DNA from: an uncultured Verrucomicrobiae bacterium
GTDB taxonomy: Bacteria; Verrucomicrobiota; Verrucomicrobiia; Limisphaerales; Palsa-1400
Assembly: GCA_963707025.1 (NCBI GenBank)
Contig: CAVPOM010000006.1
Span: 192,001 to 256,000 of the forward strand
Length of the DNA stretch: 64,000 bases
Direction of reading: 5' to 3'
The notes under the pieces were generated by a model. The model did not search any database. It was not told the DNA's origin and worked only from the letters and a program-made list of their open reading frames with translations. The position numbers and the translations under genes are program-made. How positions within the stretch are numbered: the stretch's first letter is position 1; each line of letters opens with the position of its first letter. Of this stretch, positions 12,641 to 22,216 are shown piece by piece.

Positions 12641-12675
12641 AATGGAGTTGTGGAGTGGTGGAGTGATGGAGTGAA
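12641..12675 (+). repeat. short tandem repeat, 8-bp period (TGGAGTNR)
   Basis: atggagttgtggagtggtggagtgatggagtgaa; a similar run occurs at about 35637-35660. Confidence 0.7.
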
Positions 12676-12735
12676 GCCAAAGGGGAAAATGAGAAATCAC
12701 TTGAAATAAGGCCAAACAAGTGGGAGATTCCCACC

Positions 12736-12972
12736 ATGACAGTCGTGGCAGACAACAAAAAGCGTGTGACCCTGCGCCTGGCCAAACCGGGGGACAGGTT
12801 CGATGTCCAGGTTGCCGCCGATGGGAATTACATTTTGACCAAGCTGGTGCCTGTGCAGCCAAGGGGCACCGCGAAGGTTCGGATTGAAAAACGCGGGCCA
12901 TACCACGTCGGTGTCTTGGACCAGCCGATAAATGAGGAAGCGCTCAAAGATGCGGTGGCTGAGTTTCCGTGA
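12736..12972 (+). CDS. AbrB/MazE-like antitoxin (VapB-type)
   Basis: VADNKKRVTL...KPGDRFDV; GTGA overlap with the PIN toxin. Confidence 0.75.
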   Translation: MTVVADNKKRVTLRLAKPGDRFDVQVAADGNYILTKLVPVQPRGTAKVRIEKRGPYHVGVLDQPINEEALKDAVAEFP

Positions 12973-13388
12973 ATCCGGACCCGCCACCAGCCCCGGTCGC
13001 TTCGCCCCCGTTGCGGCATTTGCCGGACGTGAACCTTCTCCTGGCGGCCATTTGGGCTGATCATCCGCAGCATGCCAAGGCATTTGCCTGGCTTTCCGGG
13101 AAAAGCGTCATTCTTTGTCCCCTATCCGAGCTTGGTTTTCTGCGCATCTCAACCAATAAAAAGGTTTTCAATGCGCCAATGGAGAAAGCACGGGTTCTGC
13201 TCAACCAGTTCGCCACAGATCGAAAGGCGGTCAGGATCGCGGCGGACCTGCCGGCGCTTGGCTCCCACCCCGGCAAATCCGAAGAGGTTACCGACCATTA
13301 CCTGGCCGATCTGGCGAGCCTGCATGGGGCCAGGCTGGCAACTCTTGATCAGAACATAAACCATTCGTCCGTTGACGTGATATTCTGA
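12969..13388 (+). CDS. vapC: VapC PIN-domain toxin
   Basis: DVNLLLA, ELGFLRIST, VTDHYLADLA, LATLD. Confidence 0.9.
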   Translation: MNPDPPPAPVASPPLRHLPDVNLLLAAIWADHPQHAKAFAWLSGKSVILCPLSELGFLRISTNKKVFNAPMEKARVLLNQFATDRKAVRIAADLPALGSHPGKSEEVTDHYLADLASLHGARLATLDQNINHSSVDVIF

Positions 13389-13540
13389 GAAAACCCGCTG
13401 TGGCCGCAAGATTTCTCGGCCAGGCGGTTATGCAACGTCGAGCTTTGGATGGAACGCCTGGCGAAATTGATCGGGCCTTTGTGAGCGTACCGCAATTGTA
13501 ATTCCGAATTCCGGGCTTGACCCTTTCGCTTTCACCCTTT
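13389..13540 (+). repeat. dispersed 'TA-tail' repeat, copy A
   Basis: TGCAACGTCGAGCTTTGGATGGAACGCCTGGCGAAATTGATCGGGC...AATTCCGAATTCCGGGCTTGACCC; aligns by eye with copies at 35.8, 36.9 and 38.7 kb. Confidence 0.9.
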
Positions 13541-13560
13541 TACGGAATCTGAGCGGTCAT

Positions 13561-14514
13561 TCAATCATGTTCTAAACGCAAGAAGTCTGTATAGGGGAGT
13601 TCGGTTCCGGAAATCGTGAGAACCCATGTATTCGTGGCGTTAGACTCACGGTGTAACCAGTAATTCTCTGGTTTGTTTGTGCGCATCAGGTTGACGCCAT
13701 TGGTATCCATAATAATCATGACAGGATGCAACTCTCGGATCGCGTCGGGCAATCGCGGGTCGTCAGGCTTGATTTCTTCCTCATTCGTGAGGGAAGAACG
13801 CATCATGGTTAGAAACGCCTCCGCAATACGACGATGCTCCTCTGGAGTCCGGCCATCAGAACGTGGACGATCCTCTTCCTCATATTCCGGAACTGTTTTC
13901 TTCCGCTCGAGTGTATCCTCGATGAATTGCCAGAATCCCGCGCGGTCTATTTTGGTCAAAAGTGAGCGGCAGTCGGCAACATAAAGGCGTGCCTCTTCAT
14001 TGGTTCCAGCAGCATCCTCGCAAGTCATTATCTCTCCGGATACCACCGCGAACTGTCCGTCTATGAAGCCGGACCAGCGTATTCGTCCATTGTTGGCATA
14101 TCGCTCAATGAGCGAATGAGAATTCGCAAGCCCGTCCATATATGGACCCACAAAATGAACGCCGACTGACCCTTCAGCATCTGCTCTCGTCGTAGCTGGA
14201 ACTGGCCGGGAAAGGAATTGTTTTGCCTGGATTTGCAGCACTCTGCGTTCGTGCCGAATCTGGAGGTCCAAAAGAGCAGGACTCAGAACAACGACACCCA
14301 TGAAAACAGTGATCCAAGTCCTGGTTTTTTTTGACAGGATCGAACGGCTCTTCAAAATCAGAACCAGACCGACAGCAACAATTCCCAGGACGAAAATAGC
14401 AGGAACAAACTTGAACCAAAGACTCCCCCAAACAAACGAATCCAAAACGAAGCCGCTCAGGCAAAAGGCTGCTGCCAGACAACCGATTCCAGCTATGATC
14501 TTCACGGTGCGCAT
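13561..14514 (-). CDS. hypothetical membrane protein (three N-terminal TM helices), more AT-rich than neighbours
   Basis: 317-aa ORF with atypical codon usage, bounded by repeat elements. Confidence 0.7.
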   Translation of the reverse strand: MRTVKIIAGIGCLAAAFCLSGFVLDSFVWGSLWFKFVPAIFVLGIVAVGLVLILKSRSILSKKTRTWITVFMGVVVLSPALLDLQIRHERRVLQIQAKQFLSRPVPATTRADAEGSVGVHFVGPYMDGLANSHSLIERYANNGRIRWSGFIDGQFAVVSGEIMTCEDAAGTNEEARLYVADCRSLLTKIDRAGFWQFIEDTLERKKTVPEYEEEDRPRSDGRTPEEHRRIAEAFLTMMRSSLTNEEEIKPDDPRLPDAIRELHPVMIIMDTNGVNLMRTNKPENYWLHRESNATNTWVLTISGTELPYTDFLRLEHD

Positions 14515-14710
14515 TTGACAAATCTGCCAAGCAGCCTAATTGACCTTATCGTCGCTCGGCGCAAGTTCCTTCTTGCCTTAGAATGTACCACCCCTTCGGG
14601 GATCTGAAAAGCAAAATGGTTTACGAGCGGCGAAGCCCTGCCTGGTGGTGACGGCATTGGCCCCTATGTTGCGAGGGCCACTGGGGCGCAATCCGGGGGC
14701 AAGAAAGGAA

Positions 14711-14818
14711 AGGGTCAGTTAATGGTATTGTAATATCGCCGTTAATGCCGAGTCCCCGCTTTGAAACTCAGTGAGTACCGCGAATTCCCAGAATATGACA
14801 ATACGATTAACTGACCCC
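14711..14818. mobile_element. miniature inverted-repeat element with GGGGTCAG...CTGACCCC ends
   Basis: AGGGTCAGTTAATGGTATTGTAATAT versus reverse complement GGGGTCAGTTAATCGTATTGTCATAT (23/26 match). Confidence 0.85.
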
Positions 14819-14827
14819 GTTCCGTTC

Positions 14828-14862
14828 CCGACGATGACGTTGGTGTCAAAAACAACGGTCAT
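14828..14862 (-). pseudogene. PIN toxin 5' remnant (MTVVFDTNVIV)
   Basis: ATG overlaps the antitoxin stop; the PIN first-strand motif FDTNV runs into the inverted-repeat element. Confidence 0.65.
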
Positions 14863-15119
14863 GCCTGGCGTTTGGCCGAGCGGTGGTTCCCGATAAGCTT
14901 GTGAATGAACGCGCGATCTTTGGCCGTCGGCTCACCTTTGCCACCAGACGAGTCAACCCCGGCGAAGGCGGCGCGCATTTCCTCCATCGCTTTGGTCTCC
15001 TGTTCGTCCCGCAGCAAACGCAAGGCCTCACACACCACCTCGCCGGCATCGTCAAATTCGCCTGACTTCACCTGGCTGCTGACGAAATCTTCCAAGGCCG
15101 ATGGCAATGATACTTTCAT
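14859..15119 (-). CDS. ParD-like ribbon-helix-helix antitoxin
   Basis: MKVSLPSALEDFVSSQVKSGEFDDAGEVVCEALRLL. Confidence 0.85.
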   Translation of the reverse strand: MKVSLPSALEDFVSSQVKSGEFDDAGEVVCEALRLLRDEQETKAMEEMRAAFAGVDSSGGKGEPTAKDRAFIHKLIGNHRSAKRQA

Positions 15120-15168
15120 CTTTTTTAACTTGCCGTGAATCCGGTCTTTGTCAATACGCACAACTGAA

Positions 15169-16846
15169 TTACTTCCGCACGCGGGCGCGGATGGCGATGA
15201 GTTGTTTCATGATGTCGTGCAGGTTGCCGCTCCAGGTCTTGGTGCCGAAGGCGTCGTGCAGGCTCTTGTAAAGTGGATACAGTTCGCGATAGACGGCGTG
15301 GGCCTTGGCGTTGGGGGTGTAGCCGCGCGGCTTCAAACCGGTCATGGCCTTCTGCGCTGACGGAAAATCGGGATGCGCCTTGCCCACCACCGCCGCCACA
15401 ATCGCCGCGCCCAGCGCGCAGGTCTGCGCCGAGCGGGACACCTTCATGGGCCGCCCCGTCACATCGGCGTAAATCTGCATGACCAGCGGGCTTTTATCGG
15501 CGATGCCGCCGCAATTGACGATTTGCTCCACTTTCACGCCGTATTCCTCAAAACGATTGATGATGGTCAAGGCGCCGAAGGCCGTCGCTTCGATGAGCGC
15601 GCGGTAAATCTCGGCGGGCGTGGTGTAAAGGGTCTGGCCCACCAGCGCCCCGGTCAGGAGTTGGTCCACCAGGATGGTGCGGTTGCCGTTGTTCCAGTCC
15701 AGGGCCAGCAGGCCCGATTCGCCCGGCGCGAGTTTGGCGGCCTGGGCGGAAAGCGCGTCGTGGGAGCCGGCTTTTTTGCCGCCGGGCTGAATATAATTGA
15801 CAAACCAGTTGAAAATATCGCCCACCGCCGACTGGCCCGCTTCCAGACCGTAAAAACCGGGCAGCACGCTGCCCTTGACAATCCCGCACAGGCCCGGAAT
15901 GTCGGCCAATTTCTCCGAGCCGGGCGCGATGGTGATGTCGCAGGTGCTGGTGCCGATGATTTTGACCAGCGTCCCCGGCGCCACGCCGCTGCCGATGGCG
16001 CCCAGGTGGGCGTCAAAGGCCCCCACCGCCACCGGAATGCCCGCCGTCAAGCCGGTTTTCGCCACCCAGGCGGCCGTCAATCCACCCACCGCGCGGTCCA
16101 CCGATTCGACCCTCGGACAAAGCCGTCCGCGCAACTCCGCCAGTTTGGGGTCCAGTTTGCCCAGGAATTCCTCGTCGGGATAGCCGCCCCATTCCGGGCT
16201 GTACATGGCCTTGTGGCCCGCCGCGCAAATGCCGGCGATGCGGACTCTCGGGCGCCAAAGTGCCGGTCAGCTCCGCCGGCACGTAATCGGCCAGTTCCAC
16301 CCAGGAATGGGCGGCGTCGAAAACCTCCGGGTGGGCGCGCAAACAATGCAGAACCTTGCTGAAGAACCACTCGCTGGAATAGGTGCCGCCGCACTTGGCC
16401 AGGTATTCCTGGCGGATTTTGCCGGCCAGCGCGGTGATCTCCGCCGCTTCCGCCGTGCCGGTGTGGTCTTTCCACAGCCAGGCCAGCGCCGCCGGATTCT
16501 TGGCAAAACGTTTGTCGCAGGCCAGCGGCTGGCCGCCGGCGTCCACCGGCAGCGGCGTGCTCCCCGTCGTGTCCACCCCGATGCCGATGACTTGTTCGGG
16601 CTTGAAACCGCGCACGGTTTTTTTGGCCGCGGCCAGGGCTTTTTGGATGGTGATCTCCGCGCCCCGGACGTAATCGCCCGGGTGCTGCCGCGCCAGGTTC
16701 GGGTCGCGCCCCAGAACCACGCCCTGGGTGCCGTGTTCGTAGCCCCAAACCGCCGCCGCCGCCTCCTGCCCGTTGGCCGTGTTGACGATCAACGTCCGCA
16801 CCGAGTTGGTTCCGTAATCCAGGCCGATGACAAATTTTGCGCTCAT
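15169..16846 (-). CDS. araB: ribulokinase, frameshifted near 16250
   Basis: IGLDYGTNSVR, LWKDHT, YSSEWFFSK in one frame; ICAAGHKAM, AFDAHLGA, GLEAGQSAVGD, LDWNNGNRT in the next. Confidence 0.9.
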
Positions 16847-16861
16847 AATCAATTCAGGGGT

Positions 16862-17917
16862 TTAGCATTCTATGATGGTTTTGACAACTTGGCCGCGGTA
16901 GGCGGCGTTCAGCGCGAACGCCTCGTCGGCGCGGCGCAAGGGAAAGCGATGGCTGACCAATCCGCGCAAATCCACCCGGCCGCGCTCGGCCAGCCGGAGG
17001 GCGCGCGGGTAAGTGTGTTTCATCCGCCGGCAGAATTTCAGGGTCAGCCCTTTGCGGCGGGCGGCGGAGGCTTTCATGGCCAGGCGGTCGTCGGACGGGA
17101 TGCCCACCAGCACGACCCGTCCGCCGGGGCGCGCCATTTCGGCGGCTTGCTGGACGGAGTGATCGGCCCAGGCCGCTTCGATGGCCACATCCACGCCGCG
17201 CCCGGCCGTTTCTTTGTCCAGCCGCGCGACGGGATCTTCCCGGTCGCAATTGATGGCCACCGCCCCGTGTTGCCGCGCCACTTGGAGACGCCAGGGAAAT
17301 TTGTCAGTGACGAAAACCGGGTCCGCCCCGGCCAGCCGGGCCACTTGCAGGATGAACAGCCCGATGGAACCAGCGCCCAGTATGGCCACACTGTCTGCCA
17401 CGCGCAGTTTTGCCAGATCCACGGCATGGAGTGCGACACCCAGCGGCTCCAGCAAAGCCGCCTCGATGTCGCTGATGGTTTTGGGAACCGGGAAACAGCA
17501 GCGCGCCGGGATCAGCATCCATTGGCTCAAACTGCCGTCGTGCGGGTAAGTGCTGCAAAAGCGCAGTTGGCGGCAGAGGTTGGGATGGCCTTGCTGACAG
17601 AGATCGCAATGATGGCAGGGCTGGGCGGGGTCCACCGCCACGCGCGTTCCCGGCTCCAGCCGCCGGCCGTTGCCATCCAGCGCGCCCGCTCCGGCTTCCT
17701 GGACCACGCCGGCGAATTCATGCCCCAGAATGAGCGGCGAAGTCACCGGCGTATCGCCAATCCGGGCATCCTGGTAGGAATGGAGGTCGCTGCCGCAGAT
17801 CCCCGTGACCTTGACGCGCAGGAGCGCCTGGCCAGGGCCCGGCTGGCCGGGGCGCGCCACCCGCTCGATGCGCAAGTCCGCCGGGCCGTGCAAGCGCGCG
17901 GCCAGCATCGTGGTCAT
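16862..17917 (-). CDS. Zn-dependent polyol/alcohol dehydrogenase (sorbitol dehydrogenase-like MDR)
   Basis: GICGSD, LGHEFAG, CxxCxxC...C structural zinc, GAGSIG. Confidence 0.9.
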   Translation of the reverse strand: MTTMLAARLHGPADLRIERVARPGQPGPGQALLRVKVTGICGSDLHSYQDARIGDTPVTSPLILGHEFAGVVQEAGAGALDGNGRRLEPGTRVAVDPAQPCHHCDLCQQGHPNLCRQLRFCSTYPHDGSLSQWMLIPARCCFPVPKTISDIEAALLEPLGVALHAVDLAKLRVADSVAILGAGSIGLFILQVARLAGADPVFVTDKFPWRLQVARQHGAVAINCDREDPVARLDKETAGRGVDVAIEAAWADHSVQQAAEMARPGGRVVLVGIPSDDRLAMKASAARRKGLTLKFCRRMKHTYPRALRLAERGRVDLRGLVSHRFPLRRADEAFALNAAYRGQVVKTIIEC

Positions 17918-18070
17918 TTTTGACCCCCGGCGATTCACTGGGCCTTTGCTCATGGTGCGTGTCTCATCCCGGCACTGGGACTTTTCGTCAGCCAGCGTGC
18001 AGGGGCGGTTATTTGATTGTGAACGGGCGGCGATGTCAAGCGCGGGGTGCAGCCGGGCAGAAAAAACCTC

Positions 18071-18101
18071 TTGACTCTCCCCTTGCTGGAGGCCCTAAAC
18101 C
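18071..18101 (+). promoter_or_regulatory. MerR-type promoter/operator
   Basis: TTGACT, 19-bp spacer containing the dyad CTCC-N7-GGAG, then TAAACC, directly upstream of the MerR gene. Confidence 0.65.
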
Positions 18102-18110
18102 ATGCGGACT

Positions 18111-18929
18111 ATGAAAAATTCATACAGCATCGGCGAGTTCTCGCAGGTTACCGGTTTGTCCGTCAAGACGCTGCGATTTTATCACGAAAAAGGAATTCTG
18201 CTCCCAAGCTCCGTGGATGAAGCGACCGGCTACCGCTTCTATGACGCGGGCAAGATCGAAAAGGCGCGCGTCATCATGCGGCTGCGGCAGATGGAGTTTT
18301 CCATCGAAGACATTGCCGCCGTGCTCGGAGAGTGCAGCGATGAAGCGGACATCCTCGATTATCTGGAGCGGCAGAAGAATGTGCTTCAGCAACGAATTCA
18401 GCAAGACCGGGACATCGTTCGCTCGCTCAATGAAATCATCTCGACGGAGAAAGCGGCCCGGCAGCTTTTGGAAGGCGGCAACTATCCGGTGGAAGAGAAA
18501 ACCGTGCAGCCGGTCCTGATCGCCGGCATCCGCATGAAAGGCAAATACAGCGATTGCAGCGCGGGCTTTGCGCGGCTGGGCAAGGCCCTGGGGCGTTACA
18601 TTTGCGGCAAGGCGCTCTGCCTCTATTATGACGGCGAATATCGCGAGGGCGACGCGGATTTCGAGCCGTGCTTTCCCATTCGCAAGGAGGTGGCGGCCGA
18701 GGGCGTGGCCGTGCGCCTGCTGCCGGGCGGCCGATGCCTGGCGCTGGTGCATCGCGGAGCTTACGATCAGTTGGGCCGGAGTTACGCGAAGATTTTGCAA
18801 AAGGCGGAAGAGCGGCAATGGAAGATCTCCCTGCCAACGCGCGAGGTTTATCTCAAAGGGCCGGGGATGATCTTCAAAGGCAACCCGAAGAATTATCTGA
18901 CCGAGATTCAACTGCCGGCCTGCGGCTGA
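18111..18929 (+). CDS. MerR-family regulator with GyrI-like effector domain (BmrR-like)
   Basis: YSIGEFSQVTGLSVKTLRFYHEKG...TGYRFY; C-terminal HRGAYDQL, REVYLKGP, TEIQLP. Confidence 0.92.
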   Translation: MKNSYSIGEFSQVTGLSVKTLRFYHEKGILLPSSVDEATGYRFYDAGKIEKARVIMRLRQMEFSIEDIAAVLGECSDEADILDYLERQKNVLQQRIQQDRDIVRSLNEIISTEKAARQLLEGGNYPVEEKTVQPVLIAGIRMKGKYSDCSAGFARLGKALGRYICGKALCLYYDGEYREGDADFEPCFPIRKEVAAEGVAVRLLPGGRCLALVHRGAYDQLGRSYAKILQKAEERQWKISLPTREVYLKGPGMIFKGNPKNYLTEIQLPACG

Positions 18930-18972
18930 AGACAAACTGTGAGAACATCTCTTTGTGCCCGCGCCTGGAAGG

Positions 18973-19548
18973 CTACTTGGCGAAGAAGGCGTCCAGGGAA
19001 AGCGTCAATTCCGGCAAAGCCGCGCTGGCCAGCTTGCCGCCCGGGCCGTGGAGCGCGTGTTCGGTGAATTGGCCATCCTTGGGCTGGCGATAAACTTCGA
19101 TCTGCTTTTCCGGGCCGAGGACGAGCCAGCATTCCTTCACACCGGCAGAGGCGTAGGCGCGCAGTTTTGAACGGTCATAATCATGGCTGGTCACACATAC
19201 CTCGATGACCAATTCGGCAGTGTTAGGATGCTGAACCCAAAAATCCTCCTCTGTTCCGCGAATGACTGCAATGTCTGGCTCGGGTTCGGAATCCTCGCAT
19301 GTGATGGGTTGCTCGCTATCAAAAAAATAACCGGGCGGAAGAGCGTGTTCCAGCAGTCGTTTCAGCCGGCGAAGCAGCGCGGAATGGAGGGGGGATTTTG
19401 ACATTTTGGTATAAACGAACCCGTAGAGGAGTTCGGTGTTTTTGGGAATCAGGCCCATCCCGCCCAAGGCGCGATAAGCGGCCACGGACAGTGGCCAGAG
19501 AGGCGCCCCGCCCAAGGGCATCGGAGAAGACTCAACCGCGTTCATCAT
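18973..19548 (-). CDS. Uma2 (DUF820) family endonuclease-fold protein
   Basis: SEPEPDIAV, LVIEV, K...YASAGVKECWLV. Confidence 0.88.
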   Translation of the reverse strand: MMNAVESSPMPLGGAPLWPLSVAAYRALGGMGLIPKNTELLYGFVYTKMSKSPLHSALLRRLKRLLEHALPPGYFFDSEQPITCEDSEPEPDIAVIRGTEEDFWVQHPNTAELVIEVCVTSHDYDRSKLRAYASAGVKECWLVLGPEKQIEVYRQPKDGQFTEHALHGPGGKLASAALPELTLSLDAFFAK

Positions 19549-19625
19549 TGAGGAAATAATAGCCGGGCGCATGGTATCCGCAAGGGCGGAATGGCCCCCC
19601 AAATCCTCGCCTAAGAAACTCTTTG

Positions 19626-19713
19626 AACCGCGAAATACGCGAAATACGCGAAAAACTCTGAAACTTGTCTCCGAAAGCATTCGGGGTTCGCGTATTTCGC
19701 GTATTTCGCGGTT
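19626..19713. repeat. perfect 27-bp inverted repeat built of 9-mer units (CGCGAAATA)
   Basis: AACCGCGAAATACGCGAAATACGCGAA at 19626-19652 and its exact complement at 19687-19713. Confidence 0.95.
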
Positions 19714-19876
19714 TACTCCATTTTCTATATTGGCACGGATCTTGAGGTTCCATATTTTATGAGGTTTTTGTTCGAGCTTGCGTTCTTTAGGCGATGATTG
19801 GGAGGCCCGCCCAGTAACGCAGCTTGCCTTTTCACCCTTGGGTGAACACGCTACGCTTTTCGCTAATGATTCGCGC

Positions 19877-20659
19877 ATGAAATACCGTGTCTTCCTCATC
19901 CTCGGATTGTGCTTCGTTATCGCGGCCGGCTGCGGCCAGAAACCAAACGACCGGTTGATCGTCGGCATGGAACTGGCTTATCCGCCATTTGAAATGACCG
20001 ACCAGCATGGCAACCCGGCGGGCGTCAGCGTTGATTTGGCCAGGGCGCTCGGCCAATATCTCGGCGTCCCGGTGGAAATCCAAAACACGGACTTCGCCGG
20101 CTTGATTCCTGCGCTGCAAACGCACAAGATTGATTTGATTATTTCCTCCATGACCGCCACCCCGGAGCGGGCCAGGGCCATCGCTTTCTCCGATCCTTAT
20201 TTGAAAACAGGCCTTTGTCTGCTCGTCGCGAAAAATTCCCCGATTCAAAGCATTCAAGATGCCGACCAGCCGGGCAACGTGCTGGTGGTCAAACTGGGCA
20301 CCACCGGGCACCTCTTCGCCCGCGATCATGTCAAGAAAGCCGGGGTGCGCATTCTTCGCAATGAAGACGCCTGCGTTCTGGAGGTGGTGGAGGCAAAGGC
20401 CGCCGCCTTCATTTACGATCAGATTTCCACTTACCAGAACTGGCAGCGCAACCGCGGCACGACCCGCGCCCTTTTGCAGCCGTTTCAGGAGGAGTCCTGG
20501 GCCATTGGCCTGCGGCTGGACGACACCGCCTTGCGCGGCAAGGTCAACGCCTTCCTGCGCGACTACAAACAGCGCGGCGGTTTTGAGCAGTTGGGCGACC
20601 GCTGGCTCAAGGAGCAAAAAGAAGCTTTCAGAAAACTGGGGTATCCTTTTTACTTCTGA
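19877..20659 (+). CDS. polar amino-acid ABC transporter substrate-binding lipoprotein
   Basis: AAGC lipobox, YPPFE, ISSMTATPERA, FSDPY. Confidence 0.92.
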   Translation: MKYRVFLILGLCFVIAAGCGQKPNDRLIVGMELAYPPFEMTDQHGNPAGVSVDLARALGQYLGVPVEIQNTDFAGLIPALQTHKIDLIISSMTATPERARAIAFSDPYLKTGLCLLVAKNSPIQSIQDADQPGNVLVVKLGTTGHLFARDHVKKAGVRILRNEDACVLEVVEAKAAAFIYDQISTYQNWQRNRGTTRALLQPFQEESWAIGLRLDDTALRGKVNAFLRDYKQRGGFEQLGDRWLKEQKEAFRKLGYPFYF

Positions 20660-20661
20660 GC

Positions 20662-21456
20662 GTGCGTTGGTCACGCTTTTTCATCGCCGCCAAAAATCCG
20701 GGCGCGCCGCCGCCGCCGCTTCTGGTTCGCGCCTTCAACTGCCTTCTGGTCGGGCTGGCCCTGTCCCTGGTCTTTTTTTTCTCCTTCCACCAAATCGCCT
20801 ACCAATGGCGCTGGCCGGCAGTCGGCCCGTATTGGGAAATGTTCCTGGACGGGTGGCTCTGCACCATCCTGATTTCGGGCGCGGCGCTGGTTTTGAGCAC
20901 GGTGATCGGATTGCTCCTGGCCTTGGCCCGGCGCAGCCGCGTGCTGGCCTTGAGCTACTTCAGCAGAATCTACGTCGAAGTGGTGCGCGGCACGCCGCTG
21001 CTCGTGCAAATTATGATTCTGTGTTACGTGGTGGCGACCGCCTTCGGCATGGAAAACCGCGCCGTGGTCGGGGTGCTGATCTTGTCGGGTTTCAGCGGCG
21101 CTTACATTGCCGAGATCGTCCGGGCCGGCATCGAAAGCGTGGGACGCTCGCAGTTGGAATCGGCCCAAGCCATCGGCCTGACCCGGCCCCAGATTTATCG
21201 CCATGTCATTTTGCCCCAGGCCCTGCGCCAGACCCTGCCGCCGCTCGCCGGCCAATTTGCCTCGCTCATCAAGGATTCCTCCCTCCTCTACGTCATCGGC
21301 ACGCCGGAATTCACCAACAAGGTCCTCTCCGTCAATGCCACCACCTTCAGCCCCTTTGAATGTTATCTCCCCCTGGCCGCCGGATACCTGATCTTGACTC
21401 TGCCCATTTCGCTGTGGACGCGGCGCCTGGAACAGCGGCACAAGTTTGAGACCTAG
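20662..21456 (+). CDS. amino-acid ABC transporter permease
   Basis: RGTPLLVQ, AYIAEIVRAGI, LPQALR, LIKDSSL. Confidence 0.93.
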   Translation: MRWSRFFIAAKNPGAPPPPLLVRAFNCLLVGLALSLVFFFSFHQIAYQWRWPAVGPYWEMFLDGWLCTILISGAALVLSTVIGLLLALARRSRVLALSYFSRIYVEVVRGTPLLVQIMILCYVVATAFGMENRAVVGVLILSGFSGAYIAEIVRAGIESVGRSQLESAQAIGLTRPQIYRHVILPQALRQTLPPLAGQFASLIKDSSLLYVIGTPEFTNKVLSVNATTFSPFECYLPLAAGYLILTLPISLWTRRLEQRHKFET

Positions 21457-21461
21457 CCGCC

Positions 21462-22193
21462 ATGAAGCTGCACCTGGAAAAAATCGCCAAATCCTTCGCC
21501 GGCCACCGCGCGCTGGACGGCGTTGATTTGGCGCTGGCCGACGTGCGCTCCCTCGTGCTCATCGGCCCGTCGGGCGGCGGCAAATCCACCTTGCTGCGAA
21601 TCCTCGCCGGATTGGAGTATCCGGACGCGGGGGCGGTGGCCATCAACGGCGAACCCGTCGTGTTCGAGGAAGCGGCCTTGCTGCGGCATCGCCGGACCAT
21701 CGGCACGGTTTTTCAAGCCTTCAACCTGTTCCCTCATTTGACCGCGCTGGAAAACATCACCCTGCCCCTGGAAAAGGTGCATGGCCATTCGCCGGCGGCC
21801 GCCGCGGAAATCGCCCGCCAGTTGCTGGCCCGCTTCCGCCTGGAAAACCACGCCGCCCAGCGGCAGGCCGAATTATCCGGCGGCCAGCGCCAGCGCGTGG
21901 CCATTGCCCGCGCCGTCTCCATCAAACCGCGCCTGCTGCTCTTCGACGAGCCGACTTCCGCGCTGGACCCCGAGATGACGGCGGAAGTGCTGGACATGAT
22001 CAAGGAACTGCGCGAGGAAGGGCGCGACTTTATTCTGGTGACGCACGAGATGGGTTTCGCGCGGCAGGTGGCCGACCAGGCGGCCCTGCTGGCCGGGGGC
22101 CGCATCGTGGAATCCGGCCCCGCCCAACAAATCTTCGATCACCCCGCCACCCCGCAAAGCGCCGATTTCCTGGCCAAAGTTCTTAAGTATTGA
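21462..22193 (+). CDS. amino-acid ABC transporter ATP-binding protein
   Basis: GPSGGGKST, LSGGQRQRVAIARA, FDEPTSALDPE, THEMGFA. Confidence 0.95.
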   Translation: MKLHLEKIAKSFAGHRALDGVDLALADVRSLVLIGPSGGGKSTLLRILAGLEYPDAGAVAINGEPVVFEEAALLRHRRTIGTVFQAFNLFPHLTALENITLPLEKVHGHSPAAAAEIARQLLARFRLENHAAQRQAELSGGQRQRVAIARAVSIKPRLLLFDEPTSALDPEMTAEVLDMIKELREEGRDFILVTHEMGFARQVADQAALLAGGRIVESGPAQQIFDHPATPQSADFLAKVLKY

Positions 22194-22216
22194 CGCCCGG
22201 CCGCCGGGGCCATCCG

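Noticed and set aside
14515..14545. attC/attI core site before the 317-aa membrane gene
   Set aside because: Only ATTAGGC, a mismatch to GTTRRRY, and no inverse core site at the gene's 3' end.
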